Source: the human T2T-CHM13v2.0 reference genome, Homo sapiens
DNA length: 64,000 bases
Assembly: GCF_009914755.1 (NCBI RefSeq)
Contig: NC_060938.1
Direction: 5' to 3' (one strand)
Within the stretch, counting starts at the first letter, position 1. The number at the start of each line of letters is the position of its first letter. A program made the translations under genes and the position numbers. This document shows positions 54,910 through 64,000 of this stretch, piece after piece. The notes under the pieces were generated by a model. The model worked only from the letters and a program-made list of their open reading frames with translations, did not search any database and had not been told where the DNA came from.

Positions 54910-55764
54910 TCCAGCAAATAATTTTTTTAACCTTTGTTTCAAACTTTATCCCCAGGTTTCTTCGACTTCACTAGCTGCAAAGAATGAATTGTGTATAAGC
55001 AAAAATGAAAAACGCTGCAGTGTCCAAGAGGCTTGGACTTAAAAATATTCAAGGTCTAGATTTTATCCGATCCATAAACAATTTTTTTAAAGCAGTCATA
55101 ATAAAATAGCAGCTCCCAGTAACTTCTGCGAGTTTCACCTTCTTCAGGAATTGACTCAATTCAGTTTGACTCATTCTTGGAAGCCTCATCAAAATTCTCC
55201 ACAAGATGTGAAACTTCATCACTGTCATCCTCTCCAGTAGCAAGTGGTGCTTTTCCCCCAACAGGTTGTTTGGACAGATCTTCAGGCAGTCTCCCTTACC
55301 TAGTCAGTCTGTCTGTACCAAGCTGGTTTAAGATGCTGGGTAGCATTTCTGTCAACTGCTTTGTCTCAGCGTGGCCTGTAATGGGGAAAGCCTTCCCTGA
55401 CAGAGATGCCCAAACTTCAGGGTTGTTAAAGTGGATCACTGTTCCTTGGTTTGTAAACATATTCACCTCTTCAATACCAGAGATATTGTTTATCCCTAAC
55501 TTCTTTAAGGAGAACTAAAGTTTTTTCTTGTCATCTGTTGTGGCTGTTCTATGAACCTTCTTCTTTCTGCGAGCAGTTCCTTTCCCACCAATACGCACTT
55601 ATGCCTGCAGTTTGGCGAGTTTTTCTTGGTTCATAATTGCGTCTTTCATCTTCTCGGAGCCAGTAAGGGTCTAGGTGGGGAATTAGGATGATGCTCAGGG
55701 AGTCTGGTGGACCCGCTGAGAGTAGGCGCACGCACGTGGGGATGCAAGAGGGCAGCTAGAGGGG
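54910..55764 (-). pseudogene. BTF3P: Processed pseudogene of BTF3 (NAC-beta), short BTF3b isoform; CDS-equivalent 55161-55649
   Basis: Manual translation from ATG at 55649: [159 protein letters not shown]. 162 codons, no introns, no net frameshift; stops at 55599-55601, 55515-55517, 55296-55298; BTF3-like 5' and 3' UTRs. The specific pseudogene number cannot be determined here. Confidence 0.97.
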
Positions 55765-55849
55765 ACCAAGTATTTTTTAAACCGAATTGATTTTCAGGTA
55801 ACGTTGTACGTACATGGTTTATGTTATATCCCGAGGACTCTCAGGATAT

Positions 55850-55947
55850 AAACACCTCCTATTAGGCCCCACCTCCGAACACTGCTGCACTGGGGATTAA
55901 GTTTCAACATTAGTTTCGAAGGGTACAAAAACATTCAACCCATAACA
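55850..55947 (-). mobile_element. MST-type LTR terminal fragment
   Basis: ATTAGGCCCCACCTCC.AACACTG.TGCA.TGGGGATTAAGTTTCAACAT...AACATTCAA.CCATA.CA. Confidence 0.8.
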
Positions 55948-56909
55948 GCCATATACTACGATGTTCTGAGAATTGTTCCTATTTACCTTTCGTGAGCCAC
56001 GCTGCTGTGGTTGAAGGGGAGTAAGGAAAATCGCCATTGTTTAACCACAAAATAAGAGCAGAACATGAGAACCAGCCTCAGGAAAGTGAGCCCTTTCACC
56101 TGAAGGCTGAGCAGTATACAAGATGAAGCTGTAAGAAACACGGGCAGGAGAGATGTGTTGTCCAGGGAGAAGAACTGGGAAGAAAAGGATATCCGAAAGC
56201 CTGAGTATTTACCAAAAAAGAAATTGAGTTAACCTAAAAGTAGTGGCATTTTAAGCAAGTAAATGATTTGAATATGTGCGTTGAATTCTTTTGCATGCAC
56301 TGACACATCTTGCCCCATTCTGGAGAAAAATGAACTAATCCATAATATTGGATTATCAAGACAAACTCACAGCAATCAGAAATCATACCCAGTAGCATGC
56401 TTTAGTAAATAATTTTAAGTCTATGTAAAATCAAGGGGTTCCAGCAAAGCAAATGGAAGTCTAAATAATCAAACGCAACTCCCCAGGTTCTTCCTTCTCT
56501 TCTAGAACGTGAACCACCAGCCCAGAATACATGAGATTCAGAGAGTTCCTGACATAGCAAAAGGGTTTATATCATAAAATATGTCCAGTTTTTCACTCCA
56601 GAGTGTTGAAAAGCCTTTGTGCTATTATCCAGGAAGCCATGTCTTAGATCCTGGGTTCTACTTACTATAATCTTTAACCAAGAACATCCTGTTAAGGGCA
56701 TTTAAGAGATAAAAAAAAGTATTTGTATATTTATTCATAGGTCCAATTGAGATTAGGTCAGGTCACCTGTTTCTTTTTTTTTTTCAAAAGAGTTTCTTCT
56801 TTGCACCTGTGCAAGATAGATTGCAGGCCAGCTGCTCTAACTCTCTCCCATGCAGTAAGTAGAACTGTTGTAGAAGACTTTAAAAACAATTAATTCCTCC
56901 ATTAACCCA

Positions 56910-57033
56910 GATTTGATTCCCCTTTCATGTGATTTTGCTAGTTTAATCTTGACAGATCTGTCCTCTAGTTTAAATACTATTTTGGCATTATTTCATGAGA
57001 CAGCAAGCTCCCCTAGAGTAGTCTACTTTTCAT
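56910..57033 (+). repeat. Copy 2 of the ~125-bp dispersed direct repeat
   Basis: Shared core TGTGATTTTGCTAGTTTAATCTTG...CTATTTTGGCATTATTTCATGAG.CAGCAAGCTCCCCTA. Confidence 0.93.
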
Positions 57034-57714
57034 AAAATTTCTGGGTATTTTTATGTTGATTTGAATGTATATTTTGGAAATCTTAATAATGTCCCCACAT
57101 GTAAGAAAAAGATTTAAACTGACATCGAGACAAAGAGCATATTTAAATGGATAGAAATTCAGTAACTAATTGTTTAATTAAAACCATTTTTAAATATGCT
57201 ATATTAAGGATAGAAACGTCACCCAAACAAGTACTATGAACATTTTAATACAACGTAGAAATTGGATGGCTTCTACTATCTACATACACAGGATGCATTT
57301 ACTTTAAGACTATGATGATTTTAAAAGACCTATATGCTTAGAGTTGTTAAATTAAGTAAGGAGCAGTCACAAGCAAGAAAACTGACGTGTGATCCAAGAA
57401 ACAGATGCTAAAAATGAACTTTAAAGTAATTAAAAGTCTCTTGTTAAATTTTAATAAAAGCATTACATTTTTCCTGCAATATTTGGAATAAGAATTATTA
57501 ATTCTTGCTTTGAAACAGTTTTTTTCTTTAACAGTATTCCTTATATAATTCTACGTTGTAAATGTTAAAGAAAACTTCACTACTGCCTATTTGGCTATTT
57601 TTTGTATTTCAAAAGAATCTCTTGGGATTGCATGTTTTTGAAATATATTTGAACTTTTTTGAAATATATTTGAAAATATATTATATTTTACCTGAATGCT
57701 TAGACTCTAATGTG

Positions 57715-57968
57715 AAATTATATGATGCAGGGATTTTCTTCAAAATGATCTGGGATAACATAACTCCAACAAGATTTGAAATAAGTTGATAATTATTAAT
57801 GTGGTTTTGGGGTACTTGAGGTTTATTATATCATCGCTCTACTTGAGAATTTCAACTCCAACAAGATTTGAAATAAGTTGGTAATTATTAATGTGATTTA
57901 TGGGTGCTTGAGGTTTATTATATCATTCCTCTACTTGAGAAATTTATGCTTGAACATTTTTATAAAAG
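57715..57968 (+). mobile_element. Old L1ME/MC-like 3' end containing a 92-bp tandem duplication
   Basis: TATGATG..GGGATTT.CTTCAAAAT; unit AACTCCAACAAGATTTGAAATAAGTTG...CTACTTGAGAA starts at 57762 and 57854. Confidence 0.7.
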
Positions 57969-59126
57969 GCTTTAAAAGTTGAAAGTGGGCTATGATTCCT
58001 GTTAGGTACTCTCTTGGTACTTTTGTACCTTCATTCTAAGAAATACCTTCACCATTTATTGCCAAGAATTTTCTTTTTCAGTTCTGATTTAACACTATAA
58101 GTTAAAAATATTTGATGAGCTGTTTATCTTGTTTATGAGATTTGGCTTTTTGTCCCATCACTCTGAGTCTCTCAATGCTGTTTACAAAAAAGTAATTTCC
58201 TGAACACTTCAGGAAAGAGTTTCGGACATTCCAATTTTGTTGTTACTATTTTAGAAAAAGGAAAGAGATTTAAAAACTTGCTCAAGGTCACAAAGCAATT
58301 TGATGTAAAAATCAGCCCAGGAAACCAAAACTTCATGGTCCTGGAAATGAGTTCTAATCATTGAAGGTTGCCTTGATTGAGACTAAATTTGAACTGTTAC
58401 TTTGATTGAGACAGAATTAGATTGTAGACAGGCCCATGCTTTCCCATGCTAGTGCTCTCTTCTCTGAGATCTTTGGTATTTATGCAGTAATTCAAATGAA
58501 TCACCTCCAAATTTAAATTGAAAACGTGTTTGGCAAGAACAACAGCTTTATGGATCCATGCAGAAACGTTCTGGGAGTGTTCTCTATCAGTCATAGTCCT
58601 ATGACTCATATCAGTCATCGTGAGTAATGCCTGTCAAAGTCACCACCATAGACCCTGGCTGAAAAATCAGTGCTATGCACCCTAGTGTGGTAAGTTGCAG
58701 CGGTTAATGAGATTGATGTTGTCATATCCATGAGAACAGTTAAGCTCTTACAATTATTTTTAGACCTAATAGGAAGAGTATTTCCTATTCTGGTAGCCAT
58801 AATTATTCTCTAATAAATAAATGACCAAACTCTGAGTCTATGTATTAAGCTTTGACTGAAATACATATTTTTCAGGGCTGATTTCAAGGTCATTTCATTA
58901 AATTAGATTTCCCAGGGGAACAGAATGTCAATGTACTGCCCTGAAAAAAAGGTTGAGATATTAAATGTGTTTACATTTCCCCTTTTGCCCTTGATTAACA
59001 AAATGTAGTACAGAACATTTTGATTTAAAGTTCATAGTTCATCCAAGGTTCATAATCATGAAATTATTTCATACCTCACTCTGAAAAAGTAAAATGAAAT
59101 GGTAATTGTCATTCCTATTTAAACAA

Positions 59127-59625
59127 TGTGTTAGATTTTGTGCTGTGTAACAAATTATCACAAACTTAAAGGCTTATAACAGCACCCATTTATTAGTTCA
59201 CAGTTCTGTAAGTCAGAGGTCCCTCTCAGCATGGTCAGGTTCTCTGCTCAGAATGTCACAAGGCTGAAATCAAGGTATCAGCCAGACTGAGTACTTGTCT
59301 GAGGATCTGGGAAAAATCTCATTTCATGGTCATTCTTTGTGTAGACAAAATTCACCTCCTTGCTGTTGTAGGAGTCAGGACCCATTTTCTTGCTTGCTAT
59401 CAGCTAGAGCCATTCTCAGCTCCCTGAACCTGCCAACATTCCTCGCCACATAACCTCTTTCACCTCCAAGTCAACAGCTATGGGTCAAATCCTTTCATGC
59501 TTTGTATCTCTAATTTCATCTTCTGTGACTAGCCAAAGAAAAGGCTCTGCTTTTAAAGAGCTCAATTGATTAAATCTGACCCACATGAGTAATCGCTCCA
59601 TTTTAAGATCAACTGATTTGGGACT
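59127..59625 (-). mobile_element. MLT1E-like MaLR LTR
   Basis: GTAACAAATTA.CACAAACTTA..GGCTTA.AACA.CACCCATTTATTAG.TCACAGTTCTGTA; CACAAGGCTGAAATCAAGGT; ATTTTAAG.TCAACTGATT. Confidence 0.8.
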
Positions 59626-60901
59626 CAGTATGATTTCTTATGACAAATGGTACTGTATATAGATTTAGAACAGTACAAATCTAATTGATTACTGTAAATA
59701 CAGCCTACAACTACTAAGTACTATCTGTAAATGAAGACTATGATAATGGTCCTCCAGATCTCTGTGATATTAATACTATATTTATTATAAGAATTTCTAA
59801 TTTACTCCTGAAATGAAAATAAATCTGATTGTTTTATTACTATCATTCTCCTTTCTAATTATAGGAAGTTTTTTTTCTGAAAAAGTATTAGATAAACTCA
59901 AGGTCTATCATGACTCAAAGATCCTTTGACTTATCAAAGTGGCTCAAAAATAATCATATTTTAAAACTGTCATTTTTATTGTGTTTGTATTGATTAGTGG
60001 CAGACATAGTTACACATGTAATAATATCTCAGATGAAATGGCATATCATAAAAATTCTTGTCCTTAAGAAATAATGTATTTTCTAGAAAACAAGGTTTTT
60101 ACCAGGTCCAAAGGAACTAAGTTTTGCATAAGAAAAAAAATTATTTCATAATTTCTGTGTATATTAGAATTTGGTCACGAAAAGTGGTAGGCAAAACTCA
60201 TTGAGGAGCTGGACCAGAAAAGGTAGATCTAAAATCAAATACAAAATGATTGGTTGAAATGAGTCTGAAATCCAGGGTCTCAAGCCAAGACAGAGATAAC
60301 ACCCAAGACGCCAAATCAATGAATCAGAACCAATATCCAAAGATACAGAATGTGCCAACACCTAGTTAAAAATAGAGTCTGCATACCAGTAAGGCTTCAA
60401 AAGCAAGGATCTTGACTGCGTATAAAAAGAGTAATATTATAAAACCATAAATCAGTTTATTCTTAAATTCTTCAAAATCTCCCTATTGTACTTAGAATAA
60501 AATTCAGGTTTCTTGATGTATCTATCAGGATTCAGTTGGTAGAATAAGAACCACTCTATAAATATGTTCTGTAAGGATTTAATTTAGGAATCAGGGGTTT
60601 ACACAACTGTTTCAGGAGCTGGGGCTGCATGAGTCAAAGGAGCTGCCATTAGAGGATGGCGGCTGACACCAAAGCATGGAACACTAATATTCTCAGGAAA
60701 CTTTGTTCATTGCCTTGAACAAAATGCACTAAATTTTTTTATATTGATCTCGTATTCCAAGACCCTGCTAAACATGTTAATCAGTTATAGTCATTATTTG
60801 AGTGGTTTTCTACATAAGACATCATATCATCTGAGAATAAAGACAGTTTTATTTCTTCCTTTTCAATGTATTTAGTACCAACCTCAAACGTTACTTGCTT
60901 T

Positions 60902-61120
60902 ATGAGTCAGTCCACTTTTTATATAAAGGGCCAGGTAGTTAGTATTTTTGTTTTTGCAAACCATACATTCTCTATCACAACTACTTTGCTGTTCAACTTA
61001 GCTGCTGTATTGCAAACGCCACTATGTAAACAAAAGGGTTTAACCAAGATACAAAGTAAATATTTACAAAAACAGTGACAGACCAGATTGGATCCATAGG
61101 ATATAGTTAGTTGACTCCTA
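60902..61120. mobile_element. MER58A (hAT-Charlie)
   Basis: TAAAGGGCCAG.TAGT.A.TATTTT...TATTTACAAAAACAG...CCAGATT.G..CCA.AGG...TAGTT. Confidence 0.75.
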
Positions 61121-63027
61121 ACTTATTGCACCCACTAAAATCTTATTAAATGTTGAATAAAAAGGGGGAAAAGGTGAAAATCTTCATTTCTAATTTTAGG
61201 AGGAAAGAATTTAGTCTTTTACTAGTAAATATGACATTAATTGTAGGTTTTTGGCAGGTGTCTTTTATTGGGTTGAGGAAGTTCCCTAGTCTTCCAAGTT
61301 TGCTGAGAGATTTTTGTTGTTGTTGTTGTTAATGGGTGTTGGATTTTTTAAAACTTTTTCTGTGTCTAATGAAATAATAACATGTTTTTTGTCTTTTATT
61401 CTACTAATATATTGTATCAAATAAATTGATTTTTGGATTTTAAACTAAACTTGAATGCTGAGATAAGTCCCATTTAATCATAGTATATCATCTTTTTTTA
61501 ATATGCTGATAGATTTGGTTTCTAATATTTTGTTGAGAGATTTTGGTCTGTGATTTTCTTTTCTGTAACGTCTTTCTCTGCCTTTGGGAGCACAATAATA
61601 AAACATGGCAGAATGAGTTGGGATGTGAAGTTTGTGAAGAATTGGTAAAATTTTTCCTTTACATATTTGATATAAATAACCAGTAAGGCATCTGGACCTG
61701 GGAATTTATTTGAAAGAGGATTTATAATTACTAAGTCAATCTTTAATTGTTATGAGTTTATTCAAATTTTCTATTTCTTCTTGTGTTAGATTTAGTAATT
61801 TCTGTCTTTTTAGGAATTTTTCCATTTCATCAAAACTTATATATTCATAATGTCCTTTATAGCCTATTTAATTTCCATAGGATTCTATGTCCCTTTTTCA
61901 TTCCTAATTTTGTCAGTTTCTGTCTTCGGTCATTTATTTTCTTGATTACTCTAACTAAAGTTTAACAATTTTATCTTTTCAAATTTTGGTTTTATTAATT
62001 ATCCCTATTACTGTTCTGTATCCTATTTTATGGTTCTAATTCATACTAGTCTGTATCGTTGCATTCCTTGTACTTGATTTGGGTTAAATTCATGCCTTTT
62101 ACCTAGTTTCTTAGGGGCAGACAAATTATTGATTTGAATTTTTTTCTTTACTGATATATAAGGTGTTTCAAGCTATAAATTTCTCTAAGCACTGGTTTAA
62201 TCATATCAATTACATTTTGTGTTTTTATCTTCATTTAGATCAAAATATTTTCTATTTTACCTTGTGATTAATTCTCTGACTCATGAGTTACCTAAAAATG
62301 TTTATAATTTTACAATATCTGGCAATTTCCCCATTATTTTATTTTGTTGATTACTAATTTGATCCTAATGTGTTCATTTGATTTGAGACCTTATTACTGA
62401 GATTTGTTTTAGGGTCTAGTATATGGGCTATTGTGAAGGGTGATCTACATGTATTTTGAAAGAATGGTTATTATCTTGTCAATCTATGGAGTAATATATA
62501 ATTTGAGTTGCCAAGATTGTTGAAAATGTTGATCAGATTTTCTGTATACTTTCTGATTTTTGCCCAGTATTCTATATTAATTTTCAGATTTAGGAATTAA
62601 ATTATCCAACAATTATTATTGAATTCTGTATTTCTCTTTTTAATTATATTTGTGCTTTACTTAGTTTGGGGCTATCTTGTTAAGTGTGTATACACTTATA
62701 ATTGTTATGTCTTTAAAATATATTGGCCATTTATCATTAGGTAATATCCTTCTCTGTCACTAGTAATATTCTTGTCTTAATGTCTATGTTGTCTAATATA
62801 AAAATAGCCGCTCCAGTTCTTTTATGGTGACTGTTTAGATAGTGGATTTTTGTCTTTTTCCATTCTTTTACTTTCTACCTATTTGTGTTTTTTAATCTAT
62901 TATGTGCCTCTCCTACACAGCACATAGTTGGATCCTGATTTTTTTATTCAGGATGACAATCTCTGCCTTCGAACGTGAGTTCTCAGCCCATTCACATGTA
63001 ATGTAATTATTAATATGGTTGGATTTA

Positions 63028-63337
63028 TTTATTTATTTTTGTTATTATTACTTCTTGAGACAAGATCTAACTCTGTCACCCAGGCTAGAGTGCAGTGGTG
63101 TCACCACTGCTCTCTGCAACCGCCACCTCCCAGGATCAAGTTATCCTCCTTCCTTAGCCTCTCAAGTAGCTGGGACTACAGGCTATGCCACCACACCCAG
63201 CTAATTTGTGTATTTTTTGGTAGAGACAGGGTTTCACCATGTTGGCCAGGCTGGTCTCAAACTCCTGAGCTCAAGTAATTCACCCACCTCAGACTCCAAA
63301 AAGCTGGGATTACAGGTGTGAGCCACCACTCCTGACC
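63028..63337 (-). mobile_element. Full-length AluJ (Jb-like)
   Basis: Full dimer; TSD ATATGGTTGGATTTA (63013-63027) / ATATGGCTGAATTTA (63340-63354). Confidence 0.92.
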
Positions 63338-63563
63338 TGATATGGCTGAATTTACACTTGCCATTTGATTCATGTCTTGTTTATTCATTTGTTTCTCTGT
63401 TCCTCCTTTTCTGCCTTTTTTTGTGCTAAGTAAAAATATTTAGTTTAACATATTAATATATCTTGATATATTGCTACATTTACTTGTCATTTTCTTAGCA
63501 ACTAATCTAATTTAGTGACATCATAATCTGCCTGAGATTAACAGTAACTTAATTCCTATAAAG

Positions 63564-63914
63564 CAGCAGTCCCCAACATTTTGGTACCACGAACCAGTTT
63601 CATGGAAGATGGAAGACAATTTTACCAATGCGGAGATTGGAGATGGAGGTGGGGGGAGGGTTTCCACACAAAACTGCTCCACCTCAGATCAGGCATTAGT
63701 TAGAATCTCATAAGAAGCCTGCAACCTAGATCCGTTGCATGCACTGTTCACAATAGTTTGCGCTCCTGTGAGAATCTAATGCCTTGATCTGCCAGGAGGT
63801 GGAGCTCAGGTGGTAATGCCTGCTCACCTGCCACTCACCTCCTGCTGTGTGTCCCAGGCTCTTAACAGGCCGCTGTCTGGCACTGGTCTGCAGCCTGGGG
63901 GTTGGGGACCCCTG
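63564..63914. mobile_element. MER1B (hAT-Charlie)
   Basis: TIRs CAGCAGTCCCCAAC / GTTGGGGACCCCTG; perfect 8-bp TSD CTATAAAG at 63556-63563 and 63915-63922. Confidence 0.95.
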
Positions 63915-64000
63915 CTATAAAGTACAAAAATTTTGTTCTATTATAGTTTATTTTCTCTCCCATCTATTGCACTGTAGCTGTGTAGGTAAATATAAGTTCT

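Larger units (their letters stand above)
60715..64000 (-). mobile_element. Old L1M ORF2 region, degraded, containing MER58A, an Alu and MER1B
   Basis: GGTTGAGGAAGTTCCCT..T.TTCC.AGTTTGCTGAGAG; CCAGT.A.GCATCTGGACCTGG; GCTATAAATTTCTCTAAGCACTG. Confidence 0.75.

Noticed and set aside
55049-55731. ORF-track calls overlapping the BTF3 retrocopy as functional genes
   Set aside because: They are off-frame or antisense readings; the true BTF3 frame has three stops.
54606-57033. Direct repeats as LTRs of a novel element carrying BTF3
   Set aside because: No TG..CA termini, primer-binding site, polypurine tract or TSD identified.

Overview
Primate (most likely human or great-ape) nuclear DNA, AT-rich and dominated by interspersed repeats (L1, Alu, L2, MaLR/ERVL LTRs, Tigger/hAT DNA transposons). 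I see no intact protein-coding exon. The only recognisable cellular-gene derivative is a processed BTF3 (short BTF3b isoform) pseudogene on the minus strand (~54.9-55.8 kb) with three in-frame stops. The most structured object is a 7.4-kb composite L1 at 17576-25033. One target-site duplication (TSD) bounds an older L1PA7-like element that carries a microhomology-bounded ~2-kb internal deletion. A younger L1PA5/6-like element inserted into it and apparently lost its own 3' half by recombination, leaving a chimeric 647-aa ORF2 with intact endonuclease motifs. Other leads: a CpG-retaining patch at the BTF3 pseudogene 5' end, nearby candidate non-coding exons, an Alu/L1 junction that creates a 54-nt cryptic exon, a CTCF/YY1 motif beside the L1 tail, and a palindromic AT-rich minisatellite block. 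Repeat subfamily names come from recalled consensus motifs, not from a search, and boundaries of old repeats are approximate. I did not find convincing evidence of a wholly new biological system.
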